Shown piece by piece: positions 20,008-28,635 of a stretch of DNA of 64,000 nt. The position numbers were made by a program, and so were the translations under genes. Numbering within the stretch: the first letter of the stretch is position 1; each line of letters begins with the position of its first letter. Origin of the DNA: Gammaproteobacteria bacterium (GTDB lineage Bacteria; Pseudomonadota; Gammaproteobacteria; Pseudomonadales; PIVM01). The notes under the pieces are model-generated. The model was given only the letters and a program-made list of their open reading frames with translations, was not told where the DNA came from and did no database searches. The stretch spans positions 430-64,429 of the forward strand of contig PIVM01000017.1 in NCBI GenBank assembly GCA_003353945.1. The letters run 5' to 3'.

Positions 20008-21414
20008 ATGACTAACGGCTCAAAGGTATTGTCACAAGCTGTTTGCGACGCATTGGAACAGATAGTCGGTAAGGCTAGACTGTTGAGAGATAGTGAGTCA
20101 CTACTTACCTACGGAAAAGACTGGACGACAGCATATGAGCCTGCGCCTGGAGCTGTCGTGTTGCCCAACTCAATTGAGGAGGTCCAGGCGATCGTTCGCT
20201 TGGCGAATCGAGAGCGTTTTGCCATCGTGCCGTCGGGGGGGAGAACCGGGCTAAGTGGGGGTGCGGTAGCTATGAATGGTGAGTTGCTGCTTGCCCTGGT
20301 CAAAATGAACCGTATCAGTGACTTCAATTCAGTCGATGGAACAGTAGTCTGTGAAGCGGGCGTTATTACCCAGCAGTTACAAGAATTTGCGGAAACGAGA
20401 GGCCTTTATTACCCCGTTGATTTTGCTTCCAGCGGTTCGTCGCAGATTGGTGGCAATATCGCTACGAATGCGGGTGGCATCAGAGTAATTCGCTATGGTA
20501 TGACAAGACAGTGGGTTGCTGGACTAAAAGTGGTTACAGGGAAAGGTGATCTTCTTGATCTGAACCGAGGACTGGTGAAAAACAATGCCGGTTACGATTT
20601 GCGCCAGCTGTTTATTGGTTCGGAAGGAACGCTGGGGATTATTGTGGAAGCCACAATGAAGCTAATCCGCCCCCCTAAAGACAGGCATGTCATGGTGCTG
20701 GGCGTGCCGCAAATGATACATATTCCCAGTATTCTGGAGAGATTTCAAAAACAGATTGATTTAAGTGCTTTCGAATTCTTTTCTGAAAAGGCGCTTGTTA
20801 AAGTCATCGAAAATGGCCAACTCATGCGGCCGTTTGAAACACAGACGGAATATTATGCGCTGATTGAGTTTGAAGTCCTTTCTGACGAGACCATTGATCA
20901 GAGTTTGTCATTGTTTGAAGAGTGCGTCGATCAGGGGTGGGTGATTGATGGTGTCGTCAGCCAAAGTCAGACACAGGCCAAGAGTTTGTGGCGATTGAGG
21001 GAAGATATATCTGAAACTATCGCCAAATGGTCTCCCTATAAAAATGACATATCGACTACAACGGCAAAAATACCTGATTTTTTGCGTGAGGTAGAAGCTG
21101 TGGTTAATCGGGAGTACCCTGAATTTGAAATTATCTGGTTTGGCCATATCGGTGATGGCAACATACACCTCAACATACTCAAGCCTGAAGACTTGGAACA
21201 ACGAGAGTTTCATCAGTGCTGTAGTCAGGTCAGTCGATTGGTATTTGAAGTAGTTGAGCGGTACGGGGGTTCCATTTCAGCGGAACATGGCGTAGGCTTG
21301 CTTAAAAGGAATTACTTGCCCTATTGTCGGACAAAAGAAGAAATTAGCTATATGCGTGAAATAAAAGATATGTTCGACCCAAACGGCGTCATGAATCCTG
21401 GTAAGTTATTGTAA
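20008..21414 (+). CDS. FAD-linked oxidase (GlcD family), D-2-hydroxyglutarate dehydrogenase-like
   Basis: 468 aa. PCMH-type FAD domain (VPSGGRTGLSGGA) and C-terminal SAEHGVGLLK. The gene is divergent from serA. The specific D2HGDH assignment is based on context. Confidence 0.75.
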   Translation: MTNGSKVLSQAVCDALEQIVGKARLLRDSESLLTYGKDWTTAYEPAPGAVVLPNSIEEVQAIVRLANRERFAIVPSGGRTGLSGGAVAMNGELLLALVKMNRISDFNSVDGTVVCEAGVITQQLQEFAETRGLYYPVDFASSGSSQIGGNIATNAGGIRVIRYGMTRQWVAGLKVVTGKGDLLDLNRGLVKNNAGYDLRQLFIGSEGTLGIIVEATMKLIRPPKDRHVMVLGVPQMIHIPSILERFQKQIDLSAFEFFSEKALVKVIENGQLMRPFETQTEYYALIEFEVLSDETIDQSLSLFEECVDQGWVIDGVVSQSQTQAKSLWRLREDISETIAKWSPYKNDISTTTAKIPDFLREVEAVVNREYPEFEIIWFGHIGDGNIHLNILKPEDLEQREFHQCCSQVSRLVFEVVERYGGSISAEHGVGLLKRNYLPYCRTKEEISYMREIKDMFDPNGVMNPGKLL

Positions 21415-21723
21415 TTTAAAATATTTACAGTGTGTCGTGGTTGTAATGATGAGTAGAAGCAGTGTAGCAAGTATCTCGGATAGGCTCCTAGTTGACTAAG
21501 GAGAGTATGCTTGTTTTTTCTTTCATGATTAGTTATTCTAACAGTGTCTGTTTGTTGCAAATTATATAATCATTAGTGACAGGGTGACTGCATTTGAGGT
21601 ATATTTATGCGGAACTACTGGCAGAAGAGTGATTGGAGTAGGTTTATATAGCCAGGTGTTATAAAAAACAAGAAATTATAATAATCGGCGGCTTTTATGC
21701 CGCGTAGCTAGAAAAAGAGGCAT

Positions 21724-21903
21724 ATGGTGATGATGAAGCCATGGATTTTCGTGTTGTTAGCTACTCTGATGATTACCGCGTGTCAAGCGCCAGTGAATCC
21801 TGCAGAGCCACTTCAGGCTGAAACCTCAACGGGTTGTCAGTCTGTTGATGCCGCTCGCACGGTGTTTGAAACGATTATGGCACAGTACAAGAGTTGCACT
21901 TGA
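21724..21903 (+). CDS. Candidate 59-aa lipoprotein (below the ORF-track cutoff)
   Basis: Sequence MVMMKPWIFVLLATLMITAC/QAPVNP...KSCT. The signal peptide ends in the lipobox ITAC. GAGG at 17-20 nt... (21717-21720) lies just upstream of the ATG. I translated it by hand. Confidence 0.45.
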   Translation: MVMMKPWIFVLLATLMITACQAPVNPAEPLQAETSTGCQSVDAARTVFETIMAQYKSCT

Positions 21904-22231
21904 ACTAGAGTCATCATCAGAGACATGGAATGTTAAAAAGCGGGGCCAGCGGAGAGGGCCAGTCGTAGACCTTTCCTGTTATCTAAAATTTCCGCAAAAT
22001 CACACACAAAGCATGTCCGCTTTGAGTGTGACTTGTTGCTGTCTTGGTGTTGCGCTATTGGGGAGTATGGGTCAATGAGTGCAAGTTATCCGAATGGTTA
22101 CCTATTCTAATGCACCCATTTGAGCGCATGAGTGAAAAAGTATGCTTCAGCGCCTAACTGGAAAATGTAATATTTCCCAGGTCATACGTATTTTCGGTTA
22201 GCGCTGCAATTGTATTTCCGTTATGCCGGTT

Positions 22232-22906
22232 TCAAGCTGTAACTGTTTTGATGCCTGTCGGTGTGCCAAGCAAGAGGACGTCAGCGGGCCTTTGTGCGAA
22301 TATGCCGTTCGTGACAACTCCAACAATGTTATTGATTTGCTCTTCGGTTTTAATTGGGTTGTCAATAGGAAAATTGAATACATCCAGAATAATGTTGCCA
22401 TTATCAGTGATGACACCCTCTCTAAATACGGGGTCTCCTCCCAATTTGACCAGTTGTCGGGCAACATGGCTGCGGGCCATGGGAATGACCTCAACCGGTA
22501 AGGGAAACGCACCTAGCTGATCTACCAGCTTGCTCTCATCTGCAATACAAACAAATTCTCGTGCTGTTGCTGCAACGATTTTTTCTCGTGTCAGAGCTGC
22601 TCCTCCACCTTTAATTAATTCGAGTTGCTTGTTGGCTTCGTCTGCGCCATCGACATAAATATCCAGGCTCTTTGTGCTGTTGAGATCATAAACTGTAATG
22701 CCATGTTGTTTCAGGCGTTTTGCTGAAGCGTCTGAACTGGCAACGGTCCCGTCAAATCTGCCTTTCAGTTTTGTCAGTATATCGATGAAAAAATTGGCGG
22801 TGGAACCTGTGCCAATGCCAATAATGCTATCTGAGTAGATTTTATCGCTCACATAATCCAGAGCAGCTTTTGCAACTGCTTGTTTCATTTCATCTTGATT
22901 CATCAT
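22232..22906 (-). CDS. rpiA: Ribose-5-phosphate isomerase A
   Basis: 224 aa with [25 protein letters not shown]. Confidence 0.95.
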   Translation of the reverse strand: MMNQDEMKQAVAKAALDYVSDKIYSDSIIGIGTGSTANFFIDILTKLKGRFDGTVASSDASAKRLKQHGITVYDLNSTKSLDIYVDGADEANKQLELIKGGGAALTREKIVAATAREFVCIADESKLVDQLGAFPLPVEVIPMARSHVARQLVKLGGDPVFREGVITDNGNIILDVFNFPIDNPIKTEEQINNIVGVVTNGIFAQRPADVLLLGTPTGIKTVTA

Positions 22907-23331
22907 GGAAATCCGTTGTTCTAATTATCTGAAAACCTATTATACGAAGCGCGAGCGTTGGATTATAGGCATAATCTGAAATTTGCTAAATTGTGCTGAA
23001 GTAATAAAAAGCAGGCCAAAGAAAGTAAAAGAATGTTGAATTTGTGAACTGGACGGCGTTTGTTGCGGGGTTACTGCACACGGATTAATTAAGGTGTGTT
23101 GTTATTCCAAACAAGCTTACTAATGTATAGGGTATGCAGGTGATCAAGCTGGTTGTTTTGTCACAGCTCCGATCTCTCTGGGGGAAAAAATATAAGCGGC
23201 TAGCTCAAATGTATTGCAGGAGTGCGGAATGATAAAAGATCCAGATATACTGACAATTGTTATCTTGTTGTTTGGTGTCGGCACCTTGTTGACCGCAACA
23301 GTTCAGGCAATGAATTAGATTGATCTGGTTA

Positions 23332-23952
23332 TCATTTCAGCTTGCGCTGAGAGATAACGCGACGATCAGTAAAAACGGCGTCCAGTCTTATATCCCATGG
23401 ATCACAGGGGATGTTCTTCACTTCTTGACACTGATGCGCCAGTCCAGCCAGCCAGGGTTTTTTTGCTACTACAGCATTCTTTTTAAAATTGAGGCTGCGA
23501 TCATAAAAGCCTCCGCCCATTCCCAGGCGTTTTCGGTATCGATCATACCCCACTAAAGGCGTCAAGATTAAGTCCAGGTGTTGCGCTTTCAGTAATTTTC
23601 CGCGAGCAGGTTCTGGAATGCCAAAAGAGTTAATTACTAATTTGGTGTCTGGTGTGTACCGACGAAAAGCCAGGGTTAAATTTTGCTGTATGACAGGTAA
23701 ATAGCACTGTTTGCCAAGTTGAATTGATTGCTCCAAAAGGGGGTATGGATTGATTTCACCGTCATTTGCAAGATAAAACGCAATTTTCTGGCTGGCGATA
23801 AATAGTTGGTGCTGGCAAAGTCGATTCAGTAGTAAGAGCGTAGCATTTTTTTGATGTTGAGGGCTCAGGGCTTGGCGTTGTTGGCGTAGGTCGTGCCGTA
23901 GGCGTTTCTTTGCATTTCTTAGATGACTGCTTGCCGGTAGTGTTTCAGTCAT
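23332..23952 (-). CDS. ygfA: 5-formyltetrahydrofolate cyclo-ligase
   Basis: 206 aa MTHFS-like protein (LRQQRQAL..., ...YLPV..., GYDRYRKRLGMGGGFYDR). It occupies the canonical position downstream of zapA-ssrS. Confidence 0.85.
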   Translation of the reverse strand: MTETLPASSHLRNAKKRLRHDLRQQRQALSPQHQKNATLLLLNRLCQHQLFIASQKIAFYLANDGEINPYPLLEQSIQLGKQCYLPVIQQNLTLAFRRYTPDTKLVINSFGIPEPARGKLLKAQHLDLILTPLVGYDRYRKRLGMGGGFYDRSLNFKKNAVVAKKPWLAGLAHQCQEVKNIPCDPWDIRLDAVFTDRRVISQRKLK

Positions 23953-24009
23953 GAATAGTGTGAATTACTATTGATGGCGCGAGTATTTGATGGCGCGAGC
24001 AAAAACAAA

Positions 24010-24190
24010 CGCGACTCCCCGAAATACCGCCGACAGTGTGGCCCTTGAACCCAATGGTCCAAGGCGGTGGTTCCTGTAATGCATTAGGCTTTCCGACATG
24101 CGGACGTGCACACCAACATTCCGAGAAACCCCCAATAAACAAATTATCGGCTCGAGGACTTACTGACTAGCGAATACGCCAGAGAGCCAC
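24010..24190 (-). ncRNA. ssrS: 6S RNA
   Basis: The minus-strand transcript contains GAGCCGAUA (reverse complement of 24145-24153) and GGGUUCAAGGG (reverse complement of 24042-24052). Its 3' segment GUCGGCGGUAUUUCGGGGAG parallels E. coli GCGGCGGCAUCUCGGAGA. Synteny is zapA-ssrS-ygfA. Ends are approximate to about 10 nt. Confidence 0.85.
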
Positions 24191-24296
24191 TACTGTGAGT
24201 ATACTCCAGTACTAAGGCGTTGTCCTGCGTATAGAGTAGAGAATTGTAATATGGGACCACTATATTGAGTCTTAGCGATTGATAGAGATAGTTTGT

Positions 24297-24611
24297 TCAC
24301 ATCTCTATTTGCAGTAGGCGTTTAAGTGCTTTATCCGCCTTATTGTTCAGGCGTCGAATTTGGTCAGTATCAGCGCTATCGTCGGATTTGTTTGCTTTTT
24401 CCTGAATGAGGTCATGAGTAATATTCAGTGCTGCCATGACAGCTATACGTTCAAGCCCGATGACTTTTCCAGACTTGTGGATATTGCGCATTTGCGCATC
24501 CAGGTGACGAGCCGAGTCGATGAGTACTGATTGCTGTTCTTCAGGACAGTTAACCTGATAATCCTTGTCCAGTATACTAACGATGACTGTATTGAAGTTT
24601 TCACTGCTCAC
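24297..24611 (-). CDS. zapA: Cell division protein ZapA
   Basis: 104 aa with VSILDKDYQVNCPEEQQ...L..AA..LD and RIAVMAALNI; position is conserved. Confidence 0.88.
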   Translation of the reverse strand: MSSENFNTVIVSILDKDYQVNCPEEQQSVLIDSARHLDAQMRNIHKSGKVIGLERIAVMAALNITHDLIQEKANKSDDSADTDQIRRLNNKADKALKRLLQIEM

Positions 24612-24823
24612 GAACTTTGCTCCAGTGCTTTGAGGCGGGTAATCATGGCTTCTACTTTGAGTTTTGCCTGTTCGTTTTTTTCAATCAACTGCGCTCTCTC
24701 GTTTACCCAGTTATCCTCTTTTGATTTGAGTAGGCGATTTTCTTCATTTAATTGATCGCAGAGACTGATTAGCTTGTCAATCTTTTGTTCTAGAGATTTA
24801 TATTGTTTTGCTTCCATTTTCAC
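24608..24823 (-). CDS. Short coiled-coil protein (ZapB-like/TIGR02449-like), translationally coupled to zapA
   Basis: 71 aa of heptad-rich sequence (LEQKIDKLISLCDQLNEENRLLKSKE...). It overlaps the zapA start by 4 nt. Confidence 0.7.
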   Translation of the reverse strand: MKMEAKQYKSLEQKIDKLISLCDQLNEENRLLKSKEDNWVNERAQLIEKNEQAKLKVEAMITRLKALEQSS

Positions 24824-24990
24824 GCTGAGTGCTAACTTATTGACGTTCCGGTAAATATAGTGCGCTCAATGATGTCGGTCAATCGTAAATGTCCGATCTT
24901 GTGATCTAAGAAGGTAATGATGCATCCGCTGGCGTGCAATGCTAGGATGTGCGCTGGGACAATCACAGAGTCGAAAAATTAAGGTAGTAC

Positions 24991-25611
24991 ATGACAGAAG
25001 CGGGATCAACACTTTACTTTGATGATATATCCGATTTGCTCATGGAGCTTGGCGGTCATATCACTGCTGCGGAACTGCATGGCATTTTGACTGGGCAGCT
25101 GTGCGCTGGTGTGCGTATGGAGGGACCGATATGGTTAAAAAAGGCACTTGAATTTATTGATGCGGACCAGGCACCGGGCATTGCAGCACAAAAAGAGTTG
25201 TTGGATCTTTATGAGTACACGCTGCAATTATTAGAGCAGATAGACAATATATTTTATCCCTTGTTACCGGATGATGATTCTCAGCTTTCGGTGCGTATTC
25301 GAGCTTTGGCACAATGGTGTGATGGGTTTCTTGCAGGGTTTGCGTTAGTTGAACAACCACAGAGCCATGAACAATTTCCGGTGGTTATTAGTGACGCACT
25401 GAAGGATCTTGCGGCTGTCAGTCGTGCTGGATTGGATGTTGACGATGAGCCTGTCGAAGAAGGCGAGCAAGATTATATGGAAATTGTTGAATATGTTCGC
25501 ATGGTGGCTATGAATATCTATCTTGAGCTGGGTGTCAAGGAGCAGGCCTTGCAGGATCAAGCGGAAACCTCCCAGTCAACACAAAACCTGTTTAATAGAC
25601 CTCTTCACTGA
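24991..25611 (+). CDS. ygfB: UPF0149 family protein YgfB
   Basis: 206 aa with AAELHGILTG and QWCDGFLAGF motifs. It lies immediately upstream of pepP, as in enterobacteria and pseudomonads. Confidence 0.8.
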   Translation: MTEAGSTLYFDDISDLLMELGGHITAAELHGILTGQLCAGVRMEGPIWLKKALEFIDADQAPGIAAQKELLDLYEYTLQLLEQIDNIFYPLLPDDDSQLSVRIRALAQWCDGFLAGFALVEQPQSHEQFPVVISDALKDLAAVSRAGLDVDDEPVEEGEQDYMEIVEYVRMVAMNIYLELGVKEQALQDQAETSQSTQNLFNRPLH

Positions 25612-25646
25612 GTTTTATTTCGCTACAGCTTTGTAAGTTTCACGCT

Positions 25647-26963
25647 ATGAGTCGAATTAAAAAAACCGAATTTGAACGTCGCCGCAAACGACTGATGGAT
25701 CATATGGAGCCTGATAGTATTGCCATTGTGCCATCGGCCAAAGAGGTGATTCGCAATAGGGATGTGGAATATCCATTCCGTCAGGACAGTGATTTTTATT
25801 ATCTCACCGGGTTTGATGAGCCGAATGCTGTGCTTGTGTTACTGCCTGGGCGCGATCACGGCGAATACGTCTTGTTTTGCCGAGAGCGTGATACAACCAT
25901 GGAGTTGTGGAATGGTTATCGTGCGGGTCCAGAAGGGGCCTGTCAGCAATACAGCGCCGATGATGCATTCCCGATCAGTGATATTGATGAAATATTGCCA
26001 GGACTGATTGAGGGGCGCGAGCGTGTTTATTATGCCATGGGAAGACACTCGGAATTTGATGGCAAAGTCATGGCCTGGATTAATACGATTCGAAATAAAG
26101 TGCGGGCGGGGGCTCACCCTCCCGGTGAATTTGTGGATCTGGATCATATTCTTCATGACATGCGCTTGATAAAAAGCGCCGCTGAGCAGCGAGTCATGCG
26201 TGAAGCGGCAGCCATATCAGCCCGCGCACATTGTCGGGCAATGCAGGCTTGTCGGCCGGGATTGATGGAATACCAGCTTGAAGCTGAATACCTACATGAG
26301 TTTATCCGCGCAGGAGCTCGTCAACCTGCTTATTGTGCCATAGTGGGTAGCGGTATAAATGGCTGTATATTACATTACACAGAAAATGCCTCAGTCATGA
26401 GAAGTGGTGATTTGGTATTAATTGATGCTGGATGTGAGCTGGAATACTATGCGGCCGACATCACTCGTACCTTCCCTGTGAACGGCCGTTTCAACCGACA
26501 GCAAAAGGCGTTGTATGAATTGGTATTAAAAGCACAGCTGGCGGCAATTGGGCAAATTAGGCCAGGCAATCACTGGAATCAACCTCATGATGCCACTGTG
26601 CGTATTATTACCTCGGGACTGGTTGAATTGGGTTTGCTCAAAGGCAAGGTTGACACTCTGATAAAGAAAGAAGCCTATAAAATGTTTTACATGCATCGGA
26701 CCGGTCATTGGTTAGGGATGGACGTTCATGATGTGGGTGATTACAAAGTCGGTGATGAATGGCGTTTGTTTGAACCGGGAATGGCGCTGACTATTGAACC
26801 AGGGATTTATGTGGCGCATGACAACAAAAAGGTTGACAAAAAATGGCGAGGTATCGGCATCCGCATTGAAGATGACGTCATAGTGACGAAAACGGGGAAT
26901 GAGGTCATCACTGCCGATGTGCCCAAATCTGTGGATGAGATAGAACGGCTTATGGCAAGTTGA
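25647..26963 (+). CDS. pepP: Xaa-Pro aminopeptidase
   Basis: 438 aa with FRQDSDFYYLTGF, DAGCE..YYAADITRTFP, HGTGHWLGMDVHD-type (HRTGHWLGMDVHD), and TIEPGIY. Confidence 0.94.
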   Translation: MSRIKKTEFERRRKRLMDHMEPDSIAIVPSAKEVIRNRDVEYPFRQDSDFYYLTGFDEPNAVLVLLPGRDHGEYVLFCRERDTTMELWNGYRAGPEGACQQYSADDAFPISDIDEILPGLIEGRERVYYAMGRHSEFDGKVMAWINTIRNKVRAGAHPPGEFVDLDHILHDMRLIKSAAEQRVMREAAAISARAHCRAMQACRPGLMEYQLEAEYLHEFIRAGARQPAYCAIVGSGINGCILHYTENASVMRSGDLVLIDAGCELEYYAADITRTFPVNGRFNRQQKALYELVLKAQLAAIGQIRPGNHWNQPHDATVRIITSGLVELGLLKGKVDTLIKKEAYKMFYMHRTGHWLGMDVHDVGDYKVGDEWRLFEPGMALTIEPGIYVAHDNKKVDKKWRGIGIRIEDDVIVTKTGNEVITADVPKSVDEIERLMAS

Positions 26964-27150
26964 CAAGAAAGCATATAATGAAACAGGCTTCAACTTTTTG
27001 AGAATGCGTAGGCCTTGATGATAAATCCAGGGTGTTATTCATGTTTGCTGCAGTGAGAACTTGTTTTTGTCGAAATGACGGTTAAAATGCGCGCTAAATT
27101 ATCGGTTGCGCCGGTAACAATCTAATTTAAGTCAACGTTGAGGATCTGAC

Positions 27151-27540
27151 ATGAGCGATTTGCCCTCCGAGTTAAAATACGCACCGACCCATGAATGGGC
27201 GCGTCTGGAGGAAGGTGGTATTGTGACTGTAGGTATTACTGACCATGCCCAGGATGCATTGGGTGATGTGGTTTTTATTGAGCTGCCAGATATTGGTGCT
27301 CAGCTCAATGCGGGTGAAGAGGCAGGTGTTGTGGAGTCGGTAAAAGCGGCCTCTGATATCTATGCACCGATATCGGGAGAAGTCGTTGAGATCAATAGCC
27401 TGTTGGAAGACAGCCCCGAAACAGTAAATGACGATGCTTATGGAGAGGGCTGGCTCTACAAGCTCAAACCAGCCAATGTCGATGAACTGGCCAGCATGTT
27501 AGATGCAGAAGGATACCAACAGGCCTGCGCAGGCGAGTGA
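27151..27540 (+). CDS. gcvH: Glycine cleavage system H protein / lipoyl carrier
   Basis: 129 aa with [11 protein letters not shown], the lipoyl-lysine motif ESVKAASD, and GEGWLYKL. Confidence 0.95.
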   Translation: MSDLPSELKYAPTHEWARLEEGGIVTVGITDHAQDALGDVVFIELPDIGAQLNAGEEAGVVESVKAASDIYAPISGEVVEINSLLEDSPETVNDDAYGEGWLYKLKPANVDELASMLDAEGYQQACAGE

Positions 27541-27560
27541 TGAGCCTATTGGCGGCTTGA

Positions 27561-28442
27561 TTAGAGCTGTAAGTACCCGGATGTGCCGCAGCCCATCTCT
27601 TCAATCGTGTCTTTCAGATTCGCCAGGTCATCTTGATTAAGGCTGACAAATTCCAGCAACGGCTCTTCCAGCCTCTGCCATTCGAAGTCTTCGCTCTGAT
27701 TGCCTAACATACGATAATTGGCACAGAGATGTTCGGCAATCTTAACGATGGCAATCAAAGTTTTGACATCGGTGTCAGCGTAGTTCTCGTCGGCAAAAAT
27801 TTTGTCACCGCTATGGTGATTTGCAATTGCGTCACAAAGAGGGCGAGGCAGGTTCCATGATTTTGCGACGTAATAACCAACAACGGCATGATTTGTTTTC
27901 ACCAGTGCATTTTCAACGTCAATGACCCGTTTTTGAGGTTCCTTATAGGACTTTTCCACTACTTCGCTGAAATTATCAAAACGCAGCATCAGAAGTGGAA
28001 TGCCGCAGTTATGAAATAGACCCAGGGTGTACGCTTCGTCAGGTGCTGCAAAGTTGATTTGTTTAGCTACGGCAGTGCAAGCCATGGCGATATCCATTGC
28101 ACTGTCCCAAAAACGTCCGAGGGAGACGATATCATCGTCCGATAAACTGCTACGAATTGAAAGTGCATTGACGATATTGACTACGCTGGTAGTCCCTAGC
28201 AGGTTAATCGCTTGTTGAATTGCTGTGATTTTGTTTTTCAGACCAAAAAAAGGTGAATTGACAGTTTTCAGAATGCTGCCGGCCAAACCGATATCTTGAC
28301 TGATAAGTTCAGCAATTCGGTTTATGCTGAAGTCTTCGCTGGCCTGCTCCATCTGGAGGTCAACCATAATTTGTGGTTGCGGGGGAATCGAAATTCCGTG
28401 GAGAACTTTATTAATCTGCTCTTCACTGAGTTCAGTGGGCAT
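27561..28442 (-). CDS. HDOD domain-containing signalling protein
   Basis: 293 aa. An HDOD-like core includes IAELISQDIGLAGSILKTVNSPFFGL..., LGLFHNCGIPLL and HH..GDK. Confidence 0.7.
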   Translation of the reverse strand: MPTELSEEQINKVLHGISIPPQPQIMVDLQMEQASEDFSINRIAELISQDIGLAGSILKTVNSPFFGLKNKITAIQQAINLLGTTSVVNIVNALSIRSSLSDDDIVSLGRFWDSAMDIAMACTAVAKQINFAAPDEAYTLGLFHNCGIPLLMLRFDNFSEVVEKSYKEPQKRVIDVENALVKTNHAVVGYYVAKSWNLPRPLCDAIANHHSGDKIFADENYADTDVKTLIAIVKIAEHLCANYRMLGNQSEDFEWQRLEEPLLEFVSLNQDDLANLKDTIEEMGCGTSGYLQL

Positions 28443-28635
28443 AATGCTTTGTCCGAATGAAATCTTATCTGCCTAATTGTAGATGAGCATTTGGGAGTTG
28501 GATGTTCAATTTTAAAAGAGATTACGCCATATGGAGAAAAAGTAGCGATGTGAACGAGGATATTGTTGAGTGCACGCCTTTATAGTGCAATGTCTTGCTA
28601 AACCCTTTTGATTAGTTGATCCCGGAAACCATACT

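Noticed and set aside
23945-24142. 65-aa minus-strand ORF
   Set aside because: It lies entirely within the 6S RNA gene, so the reading frame is an accident of the structured RNA.
27000-27150. Possible glycine riboswitch upstream of gcvH
   Set aside because: I saw no GGAGAG...CACCG/ACCGAAGGGGCAA-like tandem aptamer cores in the leader.
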